A stretch of 64,000 nucleotides of DNA from an uncultured delta proteobacterium. Its GTDB lineage: Bacteria > Desulfobacterota > Binatia > UBA9968. This document shows positions 43,708-53,939 of the stretch, in pieces; the stretch's first letter is position 1; every line of letters begins with the position of its first letter. The DNA is taken from NCBI GenBank assembly GCA_963804165.1, contig CAWDPO010000033.1:1-64000 (forward strand), given 5' to 3'. A program made the position numbers and the translations under genes. A model generated the notes under the pieces. It saw nothing but the letters and a program-made list of their open reading frames with translations, was not told the DNA's origin and made no database searches.

Positions 43708-44727
43708 ATGAGAGACGGAAACGGAGCAGGTATGCTTATGCGTCGTTCGATTGATTGTTTTCTGGCTGGAACGTTGGTGCTGTGCTTAATGGCCGGCTCC
43801 GCCGCAGCGCAGAGCAAATCCATCATTGTTGGGGAAGGCGTTCGCGGCGCCATGTTTTTGCCGGCTTATATCGCCGAGGACAAGGGTTTTTTTAAGAGAA
43901 AAGAACTTGATTCCAAGATCGTAACCTTCAGCCGCAGCAACGACATCAATGCGCTGGTCTCGGGCGACATTCAGTTCGACCAAACCTCACCGGATAAGGT
44001 CATCCACAGCGCTCTCGGCGGCTTCCCTGTTAAAATGGTCATGGCCACCACCAGCGGACTGAATCTCGCCCTAGTGGTACACCCATCGATTAAGTCGGCA
44101 TCGGATCTAAAAGGGAAGTCGGTTGCGATCACCAGCTTTTCCGGAATGCCGTACACCGGCCTTCTTCTCTGCTTGAAGGAACTCGGCATGACCAAGGAGC
44201 AGGTGGTACCGCTCAACATCGGCGGCAAGGCAGCTCGTTTCGAAACTCTGCTCAACGGCAAAGTGGCCGCCGCGATTCTCGATCCGCCTTACACGACCAT
44301 GGCTGCCAAGGAAGGATTCAAACTGCTGGTCGATCTCACGCCTCTCGAAGTGCCCTATCTCCGAAATGTCGTTGCGGTGTCCGAGAGATCTCTGCGCGAG
44401 GATCAACGCACGGTCGCGAAGTTTGTCGAAGCTCTCGCGGAAGGCATGCAGTTCTATCGTAACAAAGCGAACAAAGAAGAAAACCTGAGGATCCTGGCCA
44501 AGTATCTTCGCGTTCCAATGGACAAGAATCGCGCGATGATCGAAGAGGGATACGAGACTTATAGGGAGATGCTTCTCAGCAAACCGTACGCCGATCCCAA
44601 GGCCATGAAGATTCTCGTGGACGTAATTGCCGAATCGAACCCGAAGGTGAAAAATTTGAACCTGGCCACTCTCATCGATTCTTCTTTCGTCGATCGAATG
44701 GATCGGCAAGGGATTTTCGGCAAATAG
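43708..44727 (+). CDS. NMT1/SsuA-type ABC substrate-binding protein
   Basis: Signal peptide ending AAAQ, YIAEDKGFF, ALVSGDIQF, DLKGKSVAI, LIDSSFVDRM. Confidence 0.88.
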   Translation: MRDGNGAGMLMRRSIDCFLAGTLVLCLMAGSAAAQSKSIIVGEGVRGAMFLPAYIAEDKGFFKRKELDSKIVTFSRSNDINALVSGDIQFDQTSPDKVIHSALGGFPVKMVMATTSGLNLALVVHPSIKSASDLKGKSVAITSFSGMPYTGLLLCLKELGMTKEQVVPLNIGGKAARFETLLNGKVAAAILDPPYTTMAAKEGFKLLVDLTPLEVPYLRNVVAVSERSLREDQRTVAKFVEALAEGMQFYRNKANKEENLRILAKYLRVPMDKNRAMIEEGYETYREMLLSKPYADPKAMKILVDVIAESNPKVKNLNLATLIDSSFVDRMDRQGIFGK

Positions 44728-44984
44728 GAAAACGCCGCAGTCAATCTCGCGCTCGCATCTCGTCGTTATCGTCGAAGTCGAACCATTCATCTTCGTTTTT
44801 ATCTGCCACGCAACACTCAATAGTACCTTCAACACGTCTCGGTGCTCCTTCGAAATTCGTTAAGGTCTAAACGAACTTCGTCTTGACGCGCCAACACCCG
44901 CAGCATATACGGAGTGCTGTGAAGCAGCCTTTGCGGTTGCCTTGTCACAGAGCCGCGAACAGGACTAAACGGAGCAAATATTTC

Positions 44985-46022
44985 ATGAGACTGCCGCACC
45001 GCGATCCGATTCAACTGGGTCCAACGCCCTACGAGGCGTTCCAAGCAAAGGAGGGGATTCCTTCCGTTACCGGATTTTTTGTCGAAGACTTGATGGACGT
45101 TGAGGTCAAACCGTGGGCACGGATGGGGGCGCTGGGTTCGTATCTGAACATGGGCGAGCAGCAGGAGAACGACGCTTACATTTGTGAAATTCCCGCCGGC
45201 AAACAGACCGAGCCTCAGCATCATATGTTCGAGACGCTCGTGTACATACACAAAGGCCGCGGCGCCACCACGGTTTGGTTCGAGGGCGATGCGAAGCAGA
45301 CTTTCGAGTGGGCCGCCGGGGCGATTTTCGCGATTCCTTTGAACGTTTCATATCAGCACTTCAATGCTTCCAACGAGCCGGTGCGTTTTCTTGCCGGCAC
45401 CAACGCCCCGCACGTGATCAATCTATTTCACAACGAAGACTTTATTTTTCGCAATCCGTTTCAGTTTCGCGACCGCTTCAGACCGGATCGTGAATTTTTC
45501 AACGAGAACAAAAAACTGACGATCCGTTCGTGGGAAAGCAACTTAGTGCCGGATGTGAATGAATTCGCCCTCGACGACTACCCGATGAAGGGCAAAGGCG
45601 TGAAGATCATGCGCTTCGGGCTCGCCGGCACGACCTACGGGTGCCATATTCAAGAATTTCCCGCCGGAAGCCGGAGCACGTTTCATCGCCACGGCCCCGG
45701 CGCGATCGTTTGCGTGACCAAAGGCGAAGGATTCGCGATGGTGTGGCGTGAGGGCGGGGAACGCACGCGCTTCGAGATCAAATCCGGCTCGATCTATTCG
45801 CCCGGCGATTTGATGTACCACGGACACTTCAACACCGGTCACGGTGTACTGCGCCATTTTGCCATGCGCGGGCGCAGCCCAAAGTTCAGCCAAGACCGCT
45901 TTCGCACCAAACTGCACGAGATGATTCCGTTCGACGAGGAGCCGGCGGATATTCATCCGATGTTTTTGGGAGAGTTGAAGAGGAAGTGTGTGAAGTCGGA
46001 AATATCGGTGGTGCAAGAATAA
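44985..46022 (+). CDS. Bicupin protein (gentisate-dioxygenase-like fold)
   Basis: EIPAG...HHMFE...GRG, FEW, YQHFN, HRHGPGA, HGHFNTG; paralog of 57456. Confidence 0.8.
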   Translation: MRLPHRDPIQLGPTPYEAFQAKEGIPSVTGFFVEDLMDVEVKPWARMGALGSYLNMGEQQENDAYICEIPAGKQTEPQHHMFETLVYIHKGRGATTVWFEGDAKQTFEWAAGAIFAIPLNVSYQHFNASNEPVRFLAGTNAPHVINLFHNEDFIFRNPFQFRDRFRPDREFFNENKKLTIRSWESNLVPDVNEFALDDYPMKGKGVKIMRFGLAGTTYGCHIQEFPAGSRSTFHRHGPGAIVCVTKGEGFAMVWREGGERTRFEIKSGSIYSPGDLMYHGHFNTGHGVLRHFAMRGRSPKFSQDRFRTKLHEMIPFDEEPADIHPMFLGELKRKCVKSEISVVQE

Positions 46023-46056
46023 GAGTCGTTCAAGGTTCAAGGTTGGGAGAAAAAAA

Positions 46057-47514
46057 ATGTCCGAGCTTGCTTATCACGATTTTAGGAGTTTCGTCGAAGA
46101 AGCGAAGAAGATTAGCGATTACCGGATCATTGAAGGCGCCGATTGGGACGCCGAGATCGGCGCGCTGGTCGAATCGACGGCCGAGCTGGTGCCGCAGCCA
46201 CCGATGTTGATCTTCGACAAGGTGAAAGGTTATCCGGCGGGATATCGAGTTTGCAGCTTGCCTTACGCGGCCTATCGCCGGGTTGCGCTCGCGTTGGGAT
46301 TACCCACCGACAAACCGAAGTTGGAAATACTCCGGCTGGCGGCGCGCAAGGTGAAAAACGCAGAGCCGATCGCGCCGAAGGAAGTCAGCACGTCACCTCT
46401 GTTCGAAAACAAGTTTACGGGTAGCGACGTTAACCTGCTTAAATTTCCCGCCCTGCGTTTTCATGAGAACGACGGCGGGCGTTACTTCGGTCCGGGCGGC
46501 GGGTTGATCAACCGCGATCCGGATTCCGGTTACATCAACACCGGCACTTATCGCATGCAACTCCACGATCGGAATACGCTTGGTTTATGGATGAGTCCGG
46601 GGCAAAACGGCCGGCAAATTTGCTCGAAGTATTGGGAGCAGGGAAAGAGCTGCCCGGTAGTGGCAAGCTACGGGCAACATCCGCTGGTCTTCATGCCCTC
46701 GTACACGAAGTTCCCGTATGGCCGCTCCGAGATGGAAATATCCGGTGGACTGATCGGTAAGCCGCTGGAAGTTTTGCGCGGGCCGATTACCGGACTGCCG
46801 ATTCCCGCGTCGTCCGAAATTGCCATCGAGGGCGAGATTCCGCCGCCGTCCGAAGAAGCGCGGCCCGAAGGACCGTTCGGCGAATGGCCGGGCTATTATT
46901 CCGGTGGCACGGGCGGCACGGGAGAAAATCAGCCGATCATTCGAGTCAAGGCGATTTATCACCGCGACGATCCGATTCTCGAAGATGAGGCGCCGCTCTG
47001 GCCGGGCGCGGTGAAAATGGATTTGCATATCTCGGCGGGCGTGCTCTGGGATCAACTGGAAAGCGCCGGCATTCAGGACATCGTCGGGGTGTACAATCAC
47101 ACTTCCTATCTCACCGTCGTTTCGATCAAGCAAAAATACGCCGGGCATGCCAAGCAAGCGGGTACGGCCGCGCTCAGCTGCGCCGCGGCAAATCGCAACG
47201 GCCGCTACGTCGTCGTGGTCGATGAAGATATCGACCCGACCAACGTGAAGGAAGTGCTGTGGGCGATGATGACGCGGGTCGATCCGCCGACCAATATCGA
47301 TATCATCGACGGCTGCTGGAGCACGCCGCTCGATCCGCGCATGCCGCCGGAAAAGAGAGACAACAAGGACCACACCAACGGCCGGGCGATCTTCTATGCG
47401 GTGCGCCCGTTTGCTTGGAAGGACAAGTTTCCTAAAGTCAGCCGCTCGAGCCGCGAGCTGCGCGAGAAAACTATCGCAAAGTTTAAGGGCATTATTCCGT
47501 TTCCGGGGGCATGA
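46057..47514 (+). CDS. UbiD family (prFMN-dependent) decarboxylase
   Basis: DGGRY, NTGTYR, EGPFGEWPGYY, VVVDEDIDP, WSTPLDP. Confidence 0.92.
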   Translation: MSELAYHDFRSFVEEAKKISDYRIIEGADWDAEIGALVESTAELVPQPPMLIFDKVKGYPAGYRVCSLPYAAYRRVALALGLPTDKPKLEILRLAARKVKNAEPIAPKEVSTSPLFENKFTGSDVNLLKFPALRFHENDGGRYFGPGGGLINRDPDSGYINTGTYRMQLHDRNTLGLWMSPGQNGRQICSKYWEQGKSCPVVASYGQHPLVFMPSYTKFPYGRSEMEISGGLIGKPLEVLRGPITGLPIPASSEIAIEGEIPPPSEEARPEGPFGEWPGYYSGGTGGTGENQPIIRVKAIYHRDDPILEDEAPLWPGAVKMDLHISAGVLWDQLESAGIQDIVGVYNHTSYLTVVSIKQKYAGHAKQAGTAALSCAAANRNGRYVVVVDEDIDPTNVKEVLWAMMTRVDPPTNIDIIDGCWSTPLDPRMPPEKRDNKDHTNGRAIFYAVRPFAWKDKFPKVSRSSRELREKTIAKFKGIIPFPGA

Positions 47515-47529
47515 GGACTGGCGCAAGTC

Positions 47530-47622
47530 GAGATTCTTCGCTTCGCTCAGAATGACAATCCTGATGAGCCATACCGAAACTTTAGTTTTTAGGTGTCATC
47601 CTGAGCGTCAGCGAAGGATCTC
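47530..47622. repeat. REP-like inverted pair
   Basis: GAGATTCTTCGCTTCGCTCAGAATGACA / TGTCATCCTGAGCGTCAGCGAAGGATCTC. Confidence 0.75.
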
Positions 47623-47689
47623 TTCCGAAAAAGAGTTCTTGTAGTGCAATGACCTGACAATATACCCACGATTTGCGAGGAAAGTTTCC

Positions 47690-48967
47690 ATGATCAGCAA
47701 AGAAGAGAACGATCTTCTAACTCAAACCGGCCCGGGCACACCGGCGGGCGAGTTGATTCGCCGTTATTGGCAACCCGTGGCGCTCGCCGAAGAGTTGCCT
47801 GCGGGTGGCGCGCCTTTGAGCGTGCGGATTTTGGGTGAAGATCTGGTCCTGTTTCGCGATCAACACGGACGAGTAGGATTGCTAGGGATTCACTGCTCGC
47901 ATCGCGGCACGGATCTTAGCTACGGGCGGATCGAGGACGGCGGTTTGCGCTGTCTCTATCACGGTTGGCTTTACGATATTAACGGCCGCTGTCTCGAACA
48001 GCCCGGCGAGCCCGGCGGCGGCGAACATCGCGATCAGATTCGCCATCGCGCCTATCCGTGCAAAGAAGTAGCGGGAGCGATCTTTACTTACATGGGCCCG
48101 GGAGAGCCGCCGCTCCTCCCCAATTATGATTTTCTCAAAGCGTCGCCCGATCATCTTTACGTGTGCAAAATTTTTCACGAGTGCAATTATCTCCAAGCCA
48201 ACGAAGGCAACATCGATCCCGTTCATCTTTCCTTTCTCCATCGATTTCTTGAGAAGCGCGACGAGAGTTATCGCGGAGTACGCGGCGCCGAGGAGTCGCA
48301 CTATAACCTGGTGGCGAGAAATTCGGCGCCGATAGTGGACGTCGAGCTGGCGGATTTCGGCGTGCGCATTTACACGGTGCGAACCCTCGAAGACGACAAA
48401 TCGTATTTGCGGGTTTCGTACTTCATTCTGCCGAACTTCAGCGCTTTCCCGGGACAGACCGGCGGCGAAGGCTACTCGGTCAATTGGCATGTGCCGATCG
48501 ACGACACGCATCACTGGAAGTACACGTTTGTCTATAGCGCGGGCGCGCCGCTGCGCAAGGATTTGGTCAACCGCGAGCGCTCGGAGCTCGGTCCGGATTA
48601 CCGCTTGGTCCGCAACGGGGCCAACCGCTTCATGCAGGACCGTGACGCAATGCGGGACAAAACTTACGCGGGAATGGGCTCGGGCTTTCAGGCTCATGAC
48701 GCGTTCGCCACGGCGAGCCAAGGCCGGATCCAAGACCGCGGCGAGGAGCGGTTGGTGTCATCGGACAAGGCGATCGTCGCAGCGCGCAAGCTGATGGAGA
48801 AAGCGATTCGCGACGTGCAGGACGGCAAAGATCCGCCGCATGTCATTAGGAACGCCAACGAAAATCGTTTTCCTCATTTTATGGTGCTCTCCGACATGAT
48901 CCCGAGCAGCAGCGATTGGCGGCAGTACGCCAAAAATCTCGAAACCCAAGCGAGGGCAAAAGTCTGA
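47690..48967 (+). CDS. Rieske non-heme iron oxygenase (phthalate 4,5-dioxygenase/LigX-like)
   Basis: LTQTGPGTPAG, RRYWQP, CSHRG...CLYHGW, EGNIDPVHLSFLH. Confidence 0.9.
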   Translation: MISKEENDLLTQTGPGTPAGELIRRYWQPVALAEELPAGGAPLSVRILGEDLVLFRDQHGRVGLLGIHCSHRGTDLSYGRIEDGGLRCLYHGWLYDINGRCLEQPGEPGGGEHRDQIRHRAYPCKEVAGAIFTYMGPGEPPLLPNYDFLKASPDHLYVCKIFHECNYLQANEGNIDPVHLSFLHRFLEKRDESYRGVRGAEESHYNLVARNSAPIVDVELADFGVRIYTVRTLEDDKSYLRVSYFILPNFSAFPGQTGGEGYSVNWHVPIDDTHHWKYTFVYSAGAPLRKDLVNRERSELGPDYRLVRNGANRFMQDRDAMRDKTYAGMGSGFQAHDAFATASQGRIQDRGEERLVSSDKAIVAARKLMEKAIRDVQDGKDPPHVIRNANENRFPHFMVLSDMIPSSSDWRQYAKNLETQARAKV

Positions 48968-50151
48968 CTCAGATTCTTCGTGTGGGCATGGCCGGCCTCG
49001 GCGTGGCGAGCACGCAGATCATGCCGCCGATCGCCGCGTTGCCCTATATTAAAATTACCGCCGCCGCGGACACGCGCACCGATGCACTGGCGAAATTTCG
49101 CGAGACTTACCACGGCGAAGCATTTGCGAGCGTCGAAGCGATGTGCGAGAGCGCCGACGTCGACGCGGTTTACGTCGCCACGCCGAACCAGTTGCACGTC
49201 AAGCATGTGATCGCGGCAGCCGAGCGCGGGAAGCACGTCATCGTCGAAAAGCCGATGGCGACGTCGATCGCGGAGTGCGACGCCATGAACGAAGCGGCTG
49301 AGAAATATGGCGTCAAGCTGCTGTGCGGCCATACGCACAGCTTCGATCCGCCGATCCGAAAGATCCGCGAGATCGTCAAGAGCGGCGAGCTCGGCAAGCT
49401 CTGCATGATCAATACCTGGAACTACAACGAGTTCATGTACCGGCCACGCATGAAACACGAATTGGCCATGAGCCGCGGCGTGGTGCTCAACCAAGGGCCG
49501 CATCACGTCGACATCGTGCGCCTGATCGGCGGTGGCAAGGTGCGGAGCGTGCGTGCCATGACCGGCGTCTGGGACAAGGCGCGTGAGTGGGAGGGCAGCT
49601 ATACCTGTTATCTCGAATTTCAAGACGGCACGCCCGCGACGCTGGTTTATAGCGGTTACGGTTTCTTCGATACGGCAGAGTTATTCAACTGGGTCGGCGA
49701 GGGCGGACAGTACCGAGCGCCGGAAACCAATCTCGACGTCAGAAAAAAGCTGCGCGAAGTGCGCACGGTCGAGGAAGAAGAACAGCTCAAAGAAGGCATG
49801 CGCTTCGGCGGCAAGCGCGAGGGCGAGTTCAGTCATGTCTGGAACGGCGAGCGAAAACAGCCGTTTTTCGGATTCACGATGGTCAGTTGCGAGAAAGGGG
49901 ATATTCGCCAGACACCCGACGGGCTTCGCATCTATGGCGAAACCGAGCAGCGCGAAGTTTCCTTGCCTGCGGGCGCACGCGGACGCGAAGCCGAAGTCGA
50001 AGAGCTCTACAACGCCGTCGTGCACAAGCGACCCGTGTTCCACGACGGGCGCTGGGGCGCAGCGACGTTGGAAGTGTGCCTAGCGATGCTCGAGTCGGCG
50101 GAGAAGCGCAAAGAAATTTTCCTCTCGCATCAGGTGCCGAGTCCGGCGTAA
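48916..50151 (+). CDS. Gfo/Idh/MocA oxidoreductase (cis-dihydrodiol dehydrogenase, OphB-like); start uncertain
   Basis: GMAGLG, VYVATP, VEKPMA, GHTHSFD, FMYRPR, NQGPHHVDIVRL, YSGYGFFD, HDGRWG. Confidence 0.85.
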   Translation: MAAVRQKSRNPSEGKSLTQILRVGMAGLGVASTQIMPPIAALPYIKITAAADTRTDALAKFRETYHGEAFASVEAMCESADVDAVYVATPNQLHVKHVIAAAERGKHVIVEKPMATSIAECDAMNEAAEKYGVKLLCGHTHSFDPPIRKIREIVKSGELGKLCMINTWNYNEFMYRPRMKHELAMSRGVVLNQGPHHVDIVRLIGGGKVRSVRAMTGVWDKAREWEGSYTCYLEFQDGTPATLVYSGYGFFDTAELFNWVGEGGQYRAPETNLDVRKKLREVRTVEEEEQLKEGMRFGGKREGEFSHVWNGERKQPFFGFTMVSCEKGDIRQTPDGLRIYGETEQREVSLPAGARGREAEVEELYNAVVHKRPVFHDGRWGAATLEVCLAMLESAEKRKEIFLSHQVPSPA

Positions 50152-50207
50152 GGCAATGTCTAGCGTTTCGTGTCTAGCGTTTGGGGGTTGATCCGAATTA
50201 CATTGCG

Positions 50208-51344
50208 ATGAACATGTTCGTCGGGCATTTACTTGTCAGTTTCGCAATTTGCTTGGCTTTCGGCGTTGCGGCGGATGGTGCTGAGTCACCGCCGGCGTGG
50301 CAAACGGAGTGGGAGCGGACGGTCAAAGCGGCGGAAGCGGAAGGACAGCTGACTGTTTATATGTCCGGCTATAGCTCGGTCATCGAAGCGGGGGTGTTTC
50401 AAAAGGCTTTTCCGAAGATCAAAGTCACCATCGTTCCGGGAACGGGCTCGCAGCTGGCGCCGCGAATCGTCGCCGAACGCCGCGGTGAAAAATTTCTCGC
50501 CGATGTCTACAACGGCGGCGGGACTTCGCTGTATCAGGTCCTCTATTTGGGCAAGATGCTCGATCCGATACGGCCGGCGCTCATGCTTCCCGAGGTCACG
50601 GATACCTCGAAGTGGTGGGAAGGCAAACATAAATACGTCGATCGAGAAGGTAGCTACATGTTTGTCTACGAGGGCAACGTGTCGTCGGGCGGCTCGCCGG
50701 CTTACAATACCCAGCTGATCAGTCCAAAAGATTATCGATCCTATTGGGATTTTCTCAATCCCAAACTCAAGGGCAAGATCGGTTCAATCGATATTCGCAA
50801 AGTCCGTGGGATCGGACCCTCGATGCAGTATCTGTACTATCACCCGGAAATCGGCGTAGAATTTCTCCGCCGATTTTATCAGGAGATGGACGTCAGCATG
50901 AGTGGCGACTTTCGACAGGCTATGGACTGGCTGGCGGCCGGCAAGGTCGCAGTCCTCCTACCGATGCAGAGTTCAGGGACGGCGAAGGCGAAGGCGCAGG
51001 GATTGCCAGTGGATGAATTCGCTACAAATCAGTTCAAAGAGGGCGTGAACATTTCGTCCGCCTTCGGCCAGGTGGCGCTCATGAACCGGGCGCCGCATCC
51101 CAATGCCGCCAAAGTCTTCGTCAATTGGCTGCTGTCGCGCGAGGGCCAGGCCACGTTGCAAAAAACTATGAGCACGCCCGGCGATCCCAAGAACTCACGC
51201 CGCGTGGACGTTCCTAAGGATCACATTCCAACCGCGGAACGGCGCCGTGATGGCATGAAGTACTTTGACATCGACGACCGCGAAACCAAGGATATCAATC
51301 CGGCAATCAAGTTAATCGACGAGATTTTTGCCGGGACGAAATAG
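50208..51344 (+). CDS. Extracellular solute-binding protein, paralog 1
   Basis: Signal peptide, WERTVKAAEAEG, RIVAERRGEKFLAD, APHPNAAKVFVNWLLSREGQ. Confidence 0.88.
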   Translation: MNMFVGHLLVSFAICLAFGVAADGAESPPAWQTEWERTVKAAEAEGQLTVYMSGYSSVIEAGVFQKAFPKIKVTIVPGTGSQLAPRIVAERRGEKFLADVYNGGGTSLYQVLYLGKMLDPIRPALMLPEVTDTSKWWEGKHKYVDREGSYMFVYEGNVSSGGSPAYNTQLISPKDYRSYWDFLNPKLKGKIGSIDIRKVRGIGPSMQYLYYHPEIGVEFLRRFYQEMDVSMSGDFRQAMDWLAAGKVAVLLPMQSSGTAKAKAQGLPVDEFATNQFKEGVNISSAFGQVALMNRAPHPNAAKVFVNWLLSREGQATLQKTMSTPGDPKNSRRVDVPKDHIPTAERRRDGMKYFDIDDRETKDINPAIKLIDEIFAGTK

Positions 51345-51413
51345 CCGAGGATAGAGGATGGAGTATTAAGGATGGCATGAGTACCGGAGATAGCCATAGA
51401 AGAGGAGCGTAAA

Positions 51414-52583
51414 ATGTTGACCGCAGAAGAAAACGAAATGCTCACAAGGGTCGGCCCGGGAACGCCGGCGGGCGAATTGCTGCGCCGTTATTGGCATCCT
51501 GTCGCGATTGCCGCCGACTTGACGCCGGAAAATCCGACTAAGTTCGTCCGTATCTTGGACGAGAATTTAGTATTGTTCGTGACGCCCAAAGGCGAGCCTG
51601 GCCTGCTCCACGATCGCTGTTCGCACCGTGGCGCCTCGTTGTCGTATGGTCGTGTCGAAGAGCGGGGCCTCGCGTGCGCTTATCACGGCTGGCTTTATGA
51701 CCCGAAAGGCAACTGTTTGGAAACGCCGGCGGAGCCTGCCGACAGTAAGTTTTGCCTCACCGTCAAACATAAAGCTTATCCGGTGCAAAAATTGGCCGGT
51801 CTGTATTGGGCCTATTTCGGACCTCAGCCCGCCCCGGTCATTCCGAAATATGATGTTTGGGCGCGTACCGACGGCTGGCACTGGCTGCGCGCACTGCCGC
51901 AGCTCGACTGCAACTGGTTGCAAGCGATGGAAAACTCCGTGGACACGGCCCATCTGCACATCCTCCATCAGGAGCTGGTGACCGACGGTTTCAAGGTCGA
52001 GAGCACGACCCGCGGCACGATCGACAATCTGGTCAAGTATGAGATGGAGGAGTTTACCCACGGCATTCTCAAGCGGCGGGTTTTCCGCGACGGCAAGGTG
52101 GAGGAACATCCGCTGCTTTTCCCCACGGTCTTGCGTCAAGCTAACCGCACACAGATCCGCGTGCCGATCGATGATACCCATACTTGGATCGTCTACGTTC
52201 ACTTTGTGCCCGATTCGGCCGAGCCGCGAGCGAACAAAGACGAAGTGCCGGTTAATTACCGCAAGCCTTTCAAAAATCCACTCGGTGCGCGCCATCCTTT
52301 TACCAAGTTCCGCCTTGATGAAGTCGACGCTCAGGATTTCATGGCATGGGAAACACAGGGGCCGATTCTCGACCGCACGCGCGAAAGGCTGGCTGCGTCA
52401 GACCGCGGCGTGGTGATGTATCGCGAGATGCTGGCACGGGAGATTAAGAAAGTGCAGCAGGGAGTCGATCCAATGAACGTTTTTCGCGATCCCGATCACG
52501 CGATCATCGACACCCAAATGGAAAGCTCCCTGGAAGTCGGGAAGGCGGGATCGGTGCGCTACCACGTGCCGCCGGCACTATAG
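51414..52583 (+). CDS. Rieske non-heme iron oxygenase, paralog 2
   Basis: LTRVGPGTPAG, CSHRG...CAYHGW, ENSVDTAHLHILH, QDFMAWETQG. Confidence 0.9.
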   Translation: MLTAEENEMLTRVGPGTPAGELLRRYWHPVAIAADLTPENPTKFVRILDENLVLFVTPKGEPGLLHDRCSHRGASLSYGRVEERGLACAYHGWLYDPKGNCLETPAEPADSKFCLTVKHKAYPVQKLAGLYWAYFGPQPAPVIPKYDVWARTDGWHWLRALPQLDCNWLQAMENSVDTAHLHILHQELVTDGFKVESTTRGTIDNLVKYEMEEFTHGILKRRVFRDGKVEEHPLLFPTVLRQANRTQIRVPIDDTHTWIVYVHFVPDSAEPRANKDEVPVNYRKPFKNPLGARHPFTKFRLDEVDAQDFMAWETQGPILDRTRERLAASDRGVVMYREMLAREIKKVQQGVDPMNVFRDPDHAIIDTQMESSLEVGKAGSVRYHVPPAL

Positions 52584-52642
52584 AGGAAAACTAAGTTGCA
52601 GTCGTGGAAACCGTGCCTTCACCGTCGCTGCCAGGATAGATT

Positions 52643-53770
52643 GTGAAGCGATCGGGTCAATTCATTATCATTACATTGGTGCTCGGACTCATCGGAGTTG
52701 CCAATGCCGCCGAATCCCAACCCAATTGGCAACGCGAATGGGAGAAGGTCCTCGAAGGCGCGAAGCGGGAAGGCGAGGTGCGACTCTGGGGTGAACAAGA
52801 AATCACGCATCTCGACATCATTGCGGCATTTACCAAAGAATTTCCTTTCATCAAAGCCGTCAGCGTAAGCGGGCGGGTTGGGGATTTGATGCCGCGCATC
52901 GTCGCCGAGCGGCGTGCCGCGAAATTTCTGGCCGACATTTACAGCGGCGGTTTGGGCGGACGATCGTTTTTTGATTTCCACAAAGCCGGCGTGCTCGATC
53001 CACTCAAGCCGGTGTTGCTTCTTCCCGAAGTCGTCGACGGCTCGAAGTGGCTGAACGGCGAGCATTACTATGCCGACGGAGAAAAGCAGTTTGTCTTTAT
53101 GTATGAGGGCAGCGTCGCTGGCGTTGGACTGCACTACAACACGGGTCTCGTCGATCCCAAGGAATTCAAGTCCTACTGGGATCTGCTCAATCCAAAGTGG
53201 AAGGGCAAGCTTCTGCTCTTCGAACGACCCGGGGTGGGCTCGCCGAGTGTGATTCGCTACTTTTACAACACGCAGCTGGGGCCGGATTTCGTCAAGCGCT
53301 TATTCAGCGAGATGGAGGTTACGGTTTCGCAGGACCGACGCCAATCGAGCGACTGGTTGGCGTCAGGTAAATTTTCCATCTGCATCGACTGCGGCGACAC
53401 CGACCGGGCAAAGCAGCAAGGATTGCCCGTCGATGAATTTCCCCATGCGAACCTCAAAGAAGCGAGCTATGAAATCAGCACAAGCGGCAACAGCGGTTTG
53501 GCGCTCATCAACAATCCGCCGAATCCCAATGCGGCGCGGGCATTTATCAACTGGTTTCTTTCGCGCAACGGCCAGACGGTGTGGCAGAGCGTCATGAACA
53601 CCAAGGTGCAGGAGCCTTCCGATTCCATGCGCGTCGATATTCCCAAGGACAAAGTTGGCGCGCCGGCAAAGCGCGAAGAGGGCAAGAAATATCGCGTCAG
53701 CGGATTTCTCGATCCCGATCCGCCGACGAAATTGTTTAGAGAACTAGTGAGTAAAGAGAAGCGCAAATGA
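52643..53770 (+). CDS. Extracellular solute-binding protein, paralog 2
   Basis: WEKVLEGAKREG, SYWDLLNPKWKGK, PNPNAARAFINWFLS. Confidence 0.88.
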   Translation: MKRSGQFIIITLVLGLIGVANAAESQPNWQREWEKVLEGAKREGEVRLWGEQEITHLDIIAAFTKEFPFIKAVSVSGRVGDLMPRIVAERRAAKFLADIYSGGLGGRSFFDFHKAGVLDPLKPVLLLPEVVDGSKWLNGEHYYADGEKQFVFMYEGSVAGVGLHYNTGLVDPKEFKSYWDLLNPKWKGKLLLFERPGVGSPSVIRYFYNTQLGPDFVKRLFSEMEVTVSQDRRQSSDWLASGKFSICIDCGDTDRAKQQGLPVDEFPHANLKEASYEISTSGNSGLALINNPPNPNAARAFINWFLSRNGQTVWQSVMNTKVQEPSDSMRVDIPKDKVGAPAKREEGKKYRVSGFLDPDPPTKLFRELVSKEKRK

Positions 53771-53805
53771 CCCCAACAAAGTATTGCACTGTGGCAGTGT
53801 AGAGA

Positions 53806-53889
53806 TGTCATTCCGGCGGAATCCAGATCCCCATCCCCGCCTGGATTCCGGGTCGCCCCCGGCCTTCGCCGGGGTTGCCCGGAATGACG
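53806..53889. repeat. REP-like palindromic element
   Basis: TGTCATTCCGGCGGAATCCAG ... CTGGATTCCGG ... CCGGAATGACG. Confidence 0.7.
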
Positions 53890-53939
53890 GCTAATCATGT
53901 AACGATTGAATAGACGAGCAGACCTTTTGGGAGTCAGTA